Below, in pieces: positions 1 through 8,720 of a stretch of DNA of 64,000 nt (positions within the stretch are counted from its first letter, which is position 1; each line of letters starts with the position of its first letter). Location: assembly GCA_902784585.1 (NCBI GenBank), contig CACZVM010000011.1:5824-69823 (forward strand), given 5' to 3'. Under the pieces are notes generated by a model, which was given only the letters and a program-made list of their open reading frames with translations, searched no databases and was not told where the DNA came from. A program made the position numbers and the translations under genes. This DNA comes from an uncultured Bacteroidales bacterium. GTDB taxonomy: Bacteria; Bacteroidota; Bacteroidia; Bacteroidales; Paludibacteraceae.

Positions 1-961
1 CGCTCAACGAAGAGACAGCCACCATTCCCACTACGATCTGGATGAAGAAGAACTCCACCGGTGCAGGTACAACGATCGAAGTGATGAGGATCGTCGTGAA
101 ATGCAGGAAGAGCGCCGAACGGCTGTCGAAGAAGACGCGCGTCAGGATAGGCACCCAGGCAAAGGGAATGAGATATACCGAGAGGTTGAACTGCAAGGTA
201 AGACATGCCAAAGCGATGACGATAAACATCTGCAGGCAGAAGAAGAGAATCGTATTCGTATCGCGCAGATAAGCACGGCGGAAGACATAGAGATATACCA
301 CGAAGAGCGTGAGGAAAAGCAGTACCAGCACCGATTCACCCATGATGGAGAGTGTACGCTGACGTTGCCCGAGCGACTCATTGTCGTAGGCGCGACGGAG
401 CGACTGAAGAATCTGGTAGGAACGCTCCGTTACGATATCACCGCGATCGATGATCTTCTCCCCCTTCTGCACCAAGCCCTGAGTAGGCGAGAGCGTAGAG
501 AGCAAGTTCTCTCGCATGGATAGCGTCTTGGCGGTGTCCTGAACGAGATTTTGGCTGATCTCATAGCGATATTTATCGTAAGCCGTCTTGGGCGTATACA
601 CCTCCGACAACGGATAGGACTTAGACACCCCGTTGTTGATCACCGCAATGCGGGAGAATCCACCTTGACGGATCATCTCGTAGTCCTGCAAGGAGACAAC
701 CAACACCTCGCGCTGCACACGCGGGATATATCTAAAGTAAGGAGTGAAGGCGGACAGCAGTTTCTGCTGCTCCTCCTGCATCTGCTCATCGGTCTTGTAG
801 ATAGGAAAGTCAAATTCCGCAGTAATCATACTGTAGCCCCAGGGTTTTCCCACTTCATAGTGGTAGCGGAAGGAGTTGTTGTACCTCGGAAAAAGCAGCA
901 CAATGACTGCTGCCAGCAAAACAAAAAGACCTAAACGAAAGACATAAGAAGGTACTTTCAT
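1..961 (-). CDS. HD/HDIG-type 7TM receptor phosphohydrolase (PgpH-like), N-terminal part; gene runs off the left edge
   Basis: Own minus-strand translation from ATG at 959-961: MKVPSYVFRLGLFVLLAAVIVLLFPRYNNSFRYHYEVGKPWGY... A long extracytoplasmic region is followed by consecutive hydrophobic helices (LVLLFLTLFVVYLYVF, FFCLQMFIVIALACLTL, VYLIPFAWVPIL). It is absent from the ORF track because there is no stop in the window. Plus-strand ORFs 101..523 and 551..934 are its shadows. Confidence 0.55.
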   Translation of the reverse strand, partial: MKVPSYVFRLGLFVLLAAVIVLLFPRYNNSFRYHYEVGKPWGYSMITAEFDFPIYKTDEQMQEEQQKLLSAFTPYFRYIPRVQREVLVVSLQDYEMIRQGGFSRIAVINNGVSKSYPLSEVYTPKTAYDKYRYEISQNLVQDTAKTLSMRENLLSTLSPTQGLVQKGEKIIDRGDIVTERSYQILQSLRRAYDNESLGQRQRTLSIMGESVLVLLFLTLFVVYLYVFRRAYLRDTNTILFFCLQMFIVIALACLTLQFNLSVYLIPFAWVPILTRVFFDSRSALFLHFTTILITSIVVPAPVEFFFIQIVVGMVAVSSLS

Positions 962-962
962 A

Positions 963-2120
963 TCAGCGTTTGGATTTAAAAAATTCTTGTATCAAGGTGC
1001 GGCATTCCTGCTCCAGCACGCCCGCCGTGACGGTAGCCTTGGGATGGAACGCACGCGGTGCATAAGTGGCGTATCCTCGCTTGGGATCAGCCGCTCCATA
1101 GACGATACGGCTTATCTGCGCCCAGCCGATAGCACCGGCACACATCGCACAGGGTTCCACCGTGACGTAGAGCGTGGCATCAGGCAGGTACTTGCCTCCA
1201 AGGGTCTGCGCAGCCGCCGTGATTGCCTGTATCTCTGCGTGGGCAGTCACATCCGCAAGTGTCTCGGTGAGATTATGTCCGCGACCGATGATCTGCCCCT
1301 GCGAAACAATCACACAGCCGATAGGAATCTCGTCTGCCGCAAGCGCCTTCTCCGCCTCAGCAAGCGCGATACGCATGAAGCGTTCGTCGGCGTCGCTAAG
1401 GTCTTTAGGGTCCTTAGAGGCCTTACGGTCTTTCATGAATGCGGCCAACTCCTCCGGATGTTCCTCGAAATGATTGCCGATAACGACGATAGAGGCACCG
1501 GCATCGAAGGCGGCGTTCATCGCTTCGGGTGTGCGGATACCTCCCCCCACCACAAGAGGAACAGAAACCGCATTTTTCACCGCACGGATGATGTCGGCAG
1601 AGACAGGCGTTTTTGCACCACTTCCCGCCTCCAGATAGATCAGTTGCTTGCCCATCAGTTCTGCCGCCAGACAGACATCCACTATACGATTGACATCCGT
1701 CTGAGGAATAGGCTGAGTAGCCGTAACACGCATCGTAGAAGTCTCCACTCCGCCATCAATAAGGACATAGGCTGTAGGGAGGAAATCCAGATGCGAATCA
1801 TGGATAGCGCGTGCCGACCTAATCTGCTGACCAACAAGGTATTCCGGGTTGTTACCAGACAAGAGAGAGAGGAACAAAACGGCATCTGCCTCATAGGTAA
1901 ATTGGGACGAATTTCCGGGAAAAAGAACGACAGGAATTGGTGATTTCAGATTAGAAATTTGGGATTTCAGTTCTCTCACAAACTCCGTAGTATCCCCTCC
2001 TGTAGAACCACCGACAAAGATAAAATCAGGACGCACCTCATCGGTGATGACCAGTCGCGACAGATCCGCTTTTTCGGGATCGAGCAATAGGGCAATATTT
2101 CTGCTTTTTCTCAATTCCAT
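963..2120 (-). CDS. Fusion protein: PcrB/GGGP-synthase-family prenyltransferase (N) + tRNA-specific adenosine deaminase TadA (C)
   Basis: The N-terminal ~240 aa carry PcrB/GGGPS hallmarks (FVGGSTG, YLEAGSGA, VGGGIRTPE). The C-terminal ~140 aa carry the CDA-fold zinc motifs HAEIQAI and PCAMCAGAI. It is a single uninterrupted 385-aa ORF. Confidence 0.75.
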   Translation of the reverse strand: MELRKSRNIALLLDPEKADLSRLVITDEVRPDFIFVGGSTGGDTTEFVRELKSQISNLKSPIPVVLFPGNSSQFTYEADAVLFLSLLSGNNPEYLVGQQIRSARAIHDSHLDFLPTAYVLIDGGVETSTMRVTATQPIPQTDVNRIVDVCLAAELMGKQLIYLEAGSGAKTPVSADIIRAVKNAVSVPLVVGGGIRTPEAMNAAFDAGASIVVIGNHFEEHPEELAAFMKDRKASKDPKDLSDADERFMRIALAEAEKALAADEIPIGCVIVSQGQIIGRGHNLTETLADVTAHAEIQAITAAAQTLGGKYLPDATLYVTVEPCAMCAGAIGWAQISRIVYGAADPKRGYATYAPRAFHPKATVTAGVLEQECRTLIQEFFKSKR

Positions 2121-2713
2121 CGGAAAGTCTCTACCAGACGGATTACATCCCTGCGAAGATATTCGTATACAGGAGCCAACGAATCGGCATTAGGCGGACA
2201 ATTACAATAGACGGAAGCGCGGAAGAAATGGCGAGTGGAGTCTGTCAGAAAGAACTGACACGACGAAGCCGTATTTCCCTCCAAATCAAACAGTACACCA
2301 TATACATCCGCCTCCGGATGGGCATATTCGCGCTCAGGAATCGCCGAGGCATGAGAGGCATTGCGATAGACAAACTCCAATGCATCTTCGGTCAGTTCAC
2401 GCAAATTATTACGAACAGGTTTGTAGGAACAGTGGATCGTCGCCCGCAGCGCAGGATAATAGAGATTGATCCAATACTGCTCACCAGGTTCGTTGCGGCG
2501 CTGCACTTGTGCATTCCGCGAGAGTGCAAAATCATACGGGAACTGCGGATACTGCGAAGCAAAATCCACATAGGAAGTATCGGGCGTGGTGATCCGATAG
2601 TAGCCGTAGGGCTTGGGGGTGTTGGTTTTGCCACAAGAGGCAAAAGCCAATACCGCCAAATTAAAAATTAAAAATTTAAAATTCAAAATTCTATTTTTTC
2701 GGCCAAAGCCCAT
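2111..2713 (-). CDS. gldD: Gliding-motility/T9SS-associated lipoprotein GldD
   Basis: Lipobox LAFASC. It also has the GldD-like pattern PKPYGYYRI...VYGVLFDLEGNTASSCQFFLTDSTRHFFRASVY...PNADSLAP...ETFRW. The start is set at ATG 2713 because the promoter -7 box (2733-2740) lies inside the longer track ORF. Confidence 0.75.
   Translation of the reverse strand: MGFGRKNRILNFKFLIFNLAVLAFASCGKTNTPKPYGYYRITTPDTSYVDFASQYPQFPYDFALSRNAQVQRRNEPGEQYWINLYYPALRATIHCSYKPVRNNLRELTEDALEFVYRNASHASAIPEREYAHPEADVYGVLFDLEGNTASSCQFFLTDSTRHFFRASVYCNCPPNADSLAPVYEYLRRDVIRLVETFRWN
2658..2691. repeat. AT-rich heptad micro-array inside the gldD signal-peptide coding region
   Basis: AAATTAAAAATTAAAAATTTAAAATTCAAAATTC, which encodes RILNFKFLIFNL on the minus strand. 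Confidence 0.6.
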
Positions 2714-2732
2714 TTTACTCCAAATTACGATG

Positions 2733-2762
2733 CAAAGGTAGATATTATCGTTCAAAATTCAA
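2733..2762 (-). promoter_or_regulatory. Bacteroidota-type promoter for gldD
   Basis: On the minus strand the -7 box is TACCTTTG (2733-2740) and TTG lies about 22 nt upstream (2760-2762). Confidence 0.5.
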
Positions 2763-2779
2763 AATTCAAAATTCAAAAT
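2752..2779. repeat. (TCAAAAT)x4 perfect heptad array
   Basis: Four exact tandem copies next to or overlapping the gldD promoter -33 region. Confidence 0.8.
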
Positions 2780-2832
2780 TTTGCATTTTTGTACAAAATT
2801 GTAACTTTTTTGAAGAAAAAGTACACGCGCGT

Positions 2833-2863
2833 TTGCACATATGAAAAATTAGTTGTATATTTG
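2833..2863 (+). promoter_or_regulatory. Promoter for manC/glycogen operon
   Basis: TTG is at 2833-2835 and TATATTTG at 2856-2863, a 23-nt offset. This leaves a ~200-nt leader. Confidence 0.5.
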
Positions 2864-2949
2864 CACGATTTTTGCGAAAGACCATCCACCCCACGACAAA
2901 AACAGACAATCCGATAAATCATTCCAAATCCGACAAAACCCCGGTTTGC

Positions 2950-3008
2950 CCTCGACAATGTCTCGATAATGCCTCGATAATGCCTCGATAACACTTCGAT
3001 AACAGCCT
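2950..3008. repeat. 11-bp periodic repeat in the manC leader
   Basis: CTCGACAATGT CTCGATAATGC CTCGATAATGC CTCGATAACAC TTCGATAACAG. Confidence 0.7.
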
Positions 3009-3064
3009 GAAAATGTATCTAATAGCATTTTATTCAATTTTCGCAACAATCGCCACACCGAATC

Positions 3065-4168
3065 ATGAATATGGAGAATAACAAAAATAACTATTGCGTC
3101 ATTATGGCCGGCGGCATCGGGAGTCGTTTCTGGCCGTACAGTCGGGAAGAGAAGCCGAAGCAGTTTCTGGATTTCTTCGGTACAGGCCGCAGTCTGCTGC
3201 AGATGACGGTGGACCGTTTTCGTCCGATCGTGCCGATTGAGAACATGCTGATCGTCACCAATGTAGCATACAAGGATATTATCCTGGAGCAGATTCCCGA
3301 CATGCAGGAATCGCAGATACTCTGTGAGCCCGCACGCCGCAATACAGCGCCGTGTATCGCGTACGCCACGGCAGCTATAAAGTCGAGAGTTCTTCATGGC
3401 GCAAACGAAGAGGCCACGCCTGATGGCGCACGCATTGTAGTGGCTGCGAGCGACCATTTGATCCTGGAGGAAGAGAAATTCCGTCAGACCATATTGAAAG
3501 CGTTCGATTTTGCCGGTCTGCATAATGCAATTTGCACTCTGGGAATGTCCCCCACCCGTCCAGAAACCGGATACGGCTATATCCAACGTCAGCCGGAAGC
3601 ATCTAGTGAGGGCATTTATCCCGTGAAGGAATTTAAGGAGAAACCGAATCTGGAGACGGCGAAGAACTATCTGGCAAGCGGCGACTATCTCTGGAACAGC
3701 GGTATTTTCATCTGGAGTCTGGAGACGATAGAAAACGCGATTGCGGCCTATATGCCGGAAGTGGCGGAGATCTTCGCGAGAGGCGAAGGGATTATCGGAA
3801 CGCAGGAAGAAGGACAGTGGATAAAGGAGAACTTCCCGAAATGTCCGAACATATCGGTGGATTACGGCATCATGGAGAAGGCGGACAATGTGTTCGTGCT
3901 GCCGTCCAGTTTCGGCTGGAGTGACCTAGGCACGTGGGGCAGTCTGTATGAGTTGAGCGAGAAAGACGAACAGGGAAATGTGAGTCTGCACAGCAAGGCT
4001 CATTTCTATGAGGCAGAAGGCAATATTGTGGTGCTGGAGAAAGGCAAAACAGCAATCGTGCAGGGTGTGAGCGATATGATCATTGCAGAGGAAAGCGGTG
4101 CGCTGCTGATTTGCAAGAAAGCAGAAGAACAAAGAATCAAAGATTTCGTTAATTTACTTAATACTTAA
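3065..4168 (+). CDS. manC: Mannose-1-phosphate guanylyltransferase-type sugar-1-P nucleotidyltransferase
   Basis: N-terminus is NYCVIMAGGIGSRFWPYSREEKPKQFL (G-x-G-x-R nucleotidyltransferase signature). Length is 367 aa. Confidence 0.75.
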   Translation: MNMENNKNNYCVIMAGGIGSRFWPYSREEKPKQFLDFFGTGRSLLQMTVDRFRPIVPIENMLIVTNVAYKDIILEQIPDMQESQILCEPARRNTAPCIAYATAAIKSRVLHGANEEATPDGARIVVAASDHLILEEEKFRQTILKAFDFAGLHNAICTLGMSPTRPETGYGYIQRQPEASSEGIYPVKEFKEKPNLETAKNYLASGDYLWNSGIFIWSLETIENAIAAYMPEVAEIFARGEGIIGTQEEGQWIKENFPKCPNISVDYGIMEKADNVFVLPSSFGWSDLGTWGSLYELSEKDEQGNVSLHSKAHFYEAEGNIVVLEKGKTAIVQGVSDMIIAEESGALLICKKAEEQRIKDFVNLLNT

Positions 4169-4175
4169 ACACATC

Positions 4176-6143
4176 ATGAGTTATCTGAATTTTGACAAGA
4201 CGGTGCTTGTTAATCTGGAGCGCTCGCTTCAGAAAGAGATGATTCGAACCAACCGTGCCGGTGTGTACAACTCGACGACGCTCGTTGACTGCAACACCCG
4301 CAAGTATCACGGTCAGTTGGTGATGCCGTTGCCCGAGATGGGACCTGACAACTACGTGTTGCTCAGTTCGCTGGACGAGACAGTGATCCAGCACGGTGCC
4401 GAGTTCAACCTCGGTGTTCACCAATACGGTGAGAACACTTTTTCGCCCAACGGGCACAAGTACATCCGCGAGTTTGACTGCGAGGTGATTGCTCGCACAG
4501 TGTATCGCGTAGGCGCAATGATTCTGCAGAAAGAGCGTCTGCTCGTTAGTTTCGAACCCCGCGTATTGATTCGCTACACACTGTTGGAAAGCGGAAGTCC
4601 GACGTTGGTACGTTTCCGTCCGTTCCTGGCCTTCAGGAACGTAAACGAGCTGACGCATGAGAACTCGCTGGCCAACCCGAACATGGACGACTGCGAGAAC
4701 GGCCGCTTCAACCGCATGTATCCGGGTTTCCCGAATCTGTACATGCAGTTCAGCAAGGCAGTGGAGTATCACCACGACCCGCAGTGGTACAAGGGTATCG
4801 AGTATATGAAGGAGAAAGAGCGCGGCTATGCCTACAAAGAGGACCTGCTCGTACCGGGTTACTTCGAACTGCCGATGAAGAAAGGCGAGAGCGTCATCTT
4901 CTCCGCCGGCGTTACCGAGTGCAAGACCGGTATGCTGAAGACCATATGGAAGAAAGAGCTGGAGCGCCGTAACCGTCGCGACGACATGTTCCTGACGCTA
5001 AAGAACGCCGCAAGCCAGTTCTACAAACGCGAAGGCGACAAATGCTATCTGCTGGCCGGTTTCCCGTGGTTCCACGCTGACGCTCGCGCCACGTTCTTCA
5101 GTGTAGCAAGCTGTACGCTGGACATCGACCGTCCGGAATACTGGGATGCCATCATGAACAAGACGGCGGTGCCGGAAGTGTTGAGCTTCATGAACGGACG
5201 GATGCATGAGGTCAAGATGACCGGTATGGATGAGCCAGACGTGCTGTTGTGGTTTATCCGTGCCATTCAGAAATATGCGCACAAGTACACCGTTCGCGAG
5301 GCAGCCGACCTATACGGAGAGTTGTGTCTGAACATCATCAACTGGTATCGCAAGCAGAACCATCCGCGTGCGTGGGTTCACCAGAACGGCTTGATATGGG
5401 TGGATGGCACCCAACGTCCGGCCACATGGATGAGCGCCACCGAGAACGGTTGGCCGATCACCCCTCGTACGGGCTATGTGGTAGAGACGAACGCACTCTG
5501 GTACAATGCGATGCTCTTCACGGCGGAGATGCTGCGCGAGATGGGCAAAGAGGTGAGTGCCGACCTGATGGAGTATCAGGCAGAAATCTCGAAGGATGCC
5601 TTCGTGAAGACCTTCTGGAACGGCCTGTACCTGAACGACTACGTAGTGGACAACTATCAGAACAAAGAGGTTCGTCCGAACATGATCTGGGCAGTAGGTC
5701 TGCCCTACAGTCCGCTGGACCGCAAGCAGCAGAAAGCAGTGGTGGATATCTGCACGAAGGAACTGCTAACGCCGCGTGGTCTGCGCAGCCTGAGTCCGAA
5801 GAGCGGCAGTTACCGTCCGATGTATCAGGGCGATCCGCAGGAGCGCAACCGTCACCTGCACAACGGTATCGTATGGCCGTCCACCATCACCGCTTATTCG
5901 CGTGCTTACATGAGCGTGTACAAATACAGCGGTACGAGCTTCATGGAGCGCATGCTGGGCGGTTATGAACAAGAGTTGAGCGAACTGTGTATCGGTACGC
6001 TGAGCGAGTTCTACGACGGCAACCCGCCCTATAAGGGACACGGCGGCATGAGTTCGGCTCCGAGTGTAGCAGCAGTCATCAGCCTGCTGGATACGCTGAA
6101 GAAATATGAGAAAGAACAAGCAGAAAAGGAGGCACAGCAATGA
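4176..6143 (+). CDS. Glycogen debranching enzyme family protein (GDE N-terminal domain + amylo-alpha-1,6-glucosidase)
   Basis: A 655-aa ORF with an N-terminal region typical of bacterial/archaeal GDE_N and a C-terminal (alpha/alpha)6-type region. It sits in the GT4/GH57 glycogen context. Confidence 0.7.
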   Translation: MSYLNFDKTVLVNLERSLQKEMIRTNRAGVYNSTTLVDCNTRKYHGQLVMPLPEMGPDNYVLLSSLDETVIQHGAEFNLGVHQYGENTFSPNGHKYIREFDCEVIARTVYRVGAMILQKERLLVSFEPRVLIRYTLLESGSPTLVRFRPFLAFRNVNELTHENSLANPNMDDCENGRFNRMYPGFPNLYMQFSKAVEYHHDPQWYKGIEYMKEKERGYAYKEDLLVPGYFELPMKKGESVIFSAGVTECKTGMLKTIWKKELERRNRRDDMFLTLKNAASQFYKREGDKCYLLAGFPWFHADARATFFSVASCTLDIDRPEYWDAIMNKTAVPEVLSFMNGRMHEVKMTGMDEPDVLLWFIRAIQKYAHKYTVREAADLYGELCLNIINWYRKQNHPRAWVHQNGLIWVDGTQRPATWMSATENGWPITPRTGYVVETNALWYNAMLFTAEMLREMGKEVSADLMEYQAEISKDAFVKTFWNGLYLNDYVVDNYQNKEVRPNMIWAVGLPYSPLDRKQQKAVVDICTKELLTPRGLRSLSPKSGSYRPMYQGDPQERNRHLHNGIVWPSTITAYSRAYMSVYKYSGTSFMERMLGGYEQELSELCIGTLSEFYDGNPPYKGHGGMSSAPSVAAVISLLDTLKKYEKEQAEKEAQQ

Positions 6144-7402
6144 AAGCACTAATGTTTGGATGGGAGTTTCCTCCTCATATCCTGGGAGGTCTGGGTACAG
6201 CCAGTTATGGTCTGACCCGCGGTATGTCTGAGCAGAAAGACATGGAGATCACTTTTGTCATCCCCAAACCCTGGGGTGACGAGGATCAATCGTTCCTACG
6301 TATCATCGGTGCGAACAGTGTGCCTGTAGTATGGAAAGATGTCAACTACGACTATGTGAAAGAGCGCATGGCCGGCCGCATGAGTCCGGAGGAGTATTAC
6401 CACCTGCGTGACGGCATCCGGTACGACTACCGCCGCATCGGCACGGACGACCTGGGTTGCATCGGTTTCTCGGGCCGTTATCCCGACAACCTGATTGAGG
6501 AGATCGGCAACTATGAGGCCGTAGCAAGTGTGCTGGCGCATAGTCTGGACTTCGACATCATCCACAGCCACGACTGGTTGACCTATCCGGCCGGTGTGTT
6601 TGCCAAACATATCAGCGGTAAGCCGCTGGTGATTCACGTGCACGCGACGGATTTCGACAGAAGTCGCGGCAACGTGAACCCGACGGTCTATGCCATCGAG
6701 AAACGCGGTATGGACGAGGCCGATCATATCATATGCGTGAGCAACCTGACACGCAACACCGTGATTGAGAAATACGGCATCGATCCGCGCAAAGTCAGCA
6801 CCGTACACAACGCAGTAGAACCGCTGGCTCATCCGGAAGAGTTCACCAAACCCGAGCGCAAAGACAAACTGGTTACCTTCCTCGGCCGTATTACGATGCA
6901 GAAAGGTCCGGAGTACTTCGTCGAGGCCGCAGCCCGCGTACTAAGCAAGACTGACGGCGTGCGCTTTGTGATGGCCGGCAGCGGCGATAAGATGGCCGAG
7001 ATGATTGACCTGGTAGCCAAACGCGGTATTGCCGACAAGTTCCACTTCCCGGGCTTCATGCGCGGCAAGCAGGTACAGGAGATGCTGGCTATGAGTGATG
7101 TATATATCATGCCATCCGTAAGCGAACCGTTCGGTATCAGTCCGCTGGAGGCGATGCAGGTGGGTTGTCCGTCCATCATCAGCCATCAGTCAGGTTGCGC
7201 AGAAATTCTGCAGCATGCCATCAAGACCGACTACTGGGACATCGACGCGATGGCCGACGCCATTTATGCGATCGTCAAGTATCCGGCGATGTACAAGAGT
7301 CTGCACGAACTGGGCATGGCGGAAGTCAACAACATCAAGTGGGCGGATGCCGGACTGAAAGTGCGTCGCATCTACGACGGAGTAATTAACCATACATTAT
7401 AA
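6140..7402 (+). CDS. GT4-type glycosyltransferase, putative glycogen synthase
   Basis: The N-terminus FGWEFPPHILGGLGTASYGL is a glycogen-synthase-like GGL motif. The C-terminal half has the GT-B E-x7-E region (PSVSEPFGISPLEAM). It overlaps the upstream gene by 4 nt. Confidence 0.75.
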   Translation: MKALMFGWEFPPHILGGLGTASYGLTRGMSEQKDMEITFVIPKPWGDEDQSFLRIIGANSVPVVWKDVNYDYVKERMAGRMSPEEYYHLRDGIRYDYRRIGTDDLGCIGFSGRYPDNLIEEIGNYEAVASVLAHSLDFDIIHSHDWLTYPAGVFAKHISGKPLVIHVHATDFDRSRGNVNPTVYAIEKRGMDEADHIICVSNLTRNTVIEKYGIDPRKVSTVHNAVEPLAHPEEFTKPERKDKLVTFLGRITMQKGPEYFVEAAARVLSKTDGVRFVMAGSGDKMAEMIDLVAKRGIADKFHFPGFMRGKQVQEMLAMSDVYIMPSVSEPFGISPLEAMQVGCPSIISHQSGCAEILQHAIKTDYWDIDAMADAIYAIVKYPAMYKSLHELGMAEVNNIKWADAGLKVRRIYDGVINHTL

Positions 7403-7422
7403 ACGAACAAATTCTACTTATT

Positions 7423-8688
7423 ATGAAAAATATATGTTTGTGCTTTCAAATGCACGCACCTTATCGCCTGAAACGTTATCGTTTCTTTGAGATTGGTCAT
7501 GATCATTACTACTATGATGACATGGCCACCGAAGAGCATATCAACTGGCTGGTTCAAACCTCTTATCTGCCGCTTTGCCATACCATCAAGGACATGATCA
7601 GTCTGAGTAAGGGCAAATTCCACTGCGCACTGAGCGTTAGCGGTACGATGATTGAGATGTTCGAGCAATTCAATCCCGAGATGATTGACATCTTGAAAGA
7701 GTTGGCAGCCACCAAGTGTGTGGAGTTTCTGGCTACGCCGTACAGCTACTCGCTGGCCTCGGAGTACAACGAGAGCGAGATGAAAGAGCAGTTCAAGAAA
7801 CAAGGCGACCTGCTGGAAGGAATCTTCGGCGTGAAAGCCCAGACGGTATGGAACACCGAGTTGCTCTACACCGACGAGACCGCTTACCAGCTGAACAAAA
7901 TGGGATACAAGACTATCCTGACCGAAGGTGCGAAACATATCCTGAGTTGGAACACCCCCAACTGCGTCTACCAGTCGGCCGGTGCTCCGAAGATGAAAGT
8001 GCTGCTGCGCAACACGAATCTCAGCGACGAGTTGAGTTTCCACTTCTCGGATCCCAACTGGGCCAACTTCCCGATTGACGCAGAGAAATATGCCAACCAA
8101 CTGCAAGCCTTCCCTGAGGGTGAGGACATCATCAACATCTGGGTGGGAGCAGACACCTTTGGTGTACGTCAGAATGCAGAGTCGGGTATCTTCGACTTCC
8201 TCAAAGCACTTCCTTACTACGTACTGGAGCGCGAGATGGGCTTCCTGACTCCGGCTGAAGCAGCCAAGAAGCTGCCGGCTAACAACGTCATCTCCAGCCC
8301 GTACGCACTGACTTGGAGCGGTGAGGCAAAAGACCTGAGTATCTATGTAGGCAATGATCTGCAGCAAGAGGCTATCCACAAACTGTTTGCCGTAGCCGAG
8401 CGCGTACATCTGTGTCAGGACAAGAGCCTGAAGACCAACTGGCTGCGCCTGCAAGACGTCAACTACCTGCATAACATGAATCATATCGATCAGGGTGAGA
8501 CGCAGTATGAGTCGGCTTACGATGCGTTCATCAACTACATGAACGTACTGAGCGACTTCCTCCAGACCGTTGAGGAGCAATACCCGACCACGATCGAGAA
8601 TGAAGAACTGAACGAGTTGCTGAAGACTATCCGCAACCAAGAGGAAGAGATTCAGAAACTGCAAGCGAAACTGAAAGCGAAAAAGTAA
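7423..8688 (+). CDS. Glycoside hydrolase family 57 alpha-amylase-like protein
   Basis: N-terminus MKNICLCFQMHAPYRLKRYRFFEIGHDHYYYDD is typical of GH57. It lies in the glycogen locus. Confidence 0.75.
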   Translation: MKNICLCFQMHAPYRLKRYRFFEIGHDHYYYDDMATEEHINWLVQTSYLPLCHTIKDMISLSKGKFHCALSVSGTMIEMFEQFNPEMIDILKELAATKCVEFLATPYSYSLASEYNESEMKEQFKKQGDLLEGIFGVKAQTVWNTELLYTDETAYQLNKMGYKTILTEGAKHILSWNTPNCVYQSAGAPKMKVLLRNTNLSDELSFHFSDPNWANFPIDAEKYANQLQAFPEGEDIINIWVGADTFGVRQNAESGIFDFLKALPYYVLEREMGFLTPAEAAKKLPANNVISSPYALTWSGEAKDLSIYVGNDLQQEAIHKLFAVAERVHLCQDKSLKTNWLRLQDVNYLHNMNHIDQGETQYESAYDAFINYMNVLSDFLQTVEEQYPTTIENEELNELLKTIRNQEEEIQKLQAKLKAKK

Positions 8689-8720
8689 GTATCCTGACAA
8701 AACGTTTAGGTATAGTATTA

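Noticed and set aside
101-934. Plus-strand ORFs 101..523 and 551..934 at the left edge
   Set aside because: Their translations are compositionally odd (Arg/Glu runs with no motifs). The opposite strand encodes a continuous, sensible membrane-protein sequence from ATG 959-961 to the window edge.
987-1943. 318-aa plus-strand ORF antisense to the PcrB-TadA gene
   Set aside because: It is an Arg-rich shadow ORF. The minus strand carries clear PcrB and TadA motifs.
7414-8700. 428-aa minus-strand ORF covering the GH57 gene
   Set aside because: It is an antisense shadow. The plus-strand product has the GH57 N-terminal signature and fits the operon.
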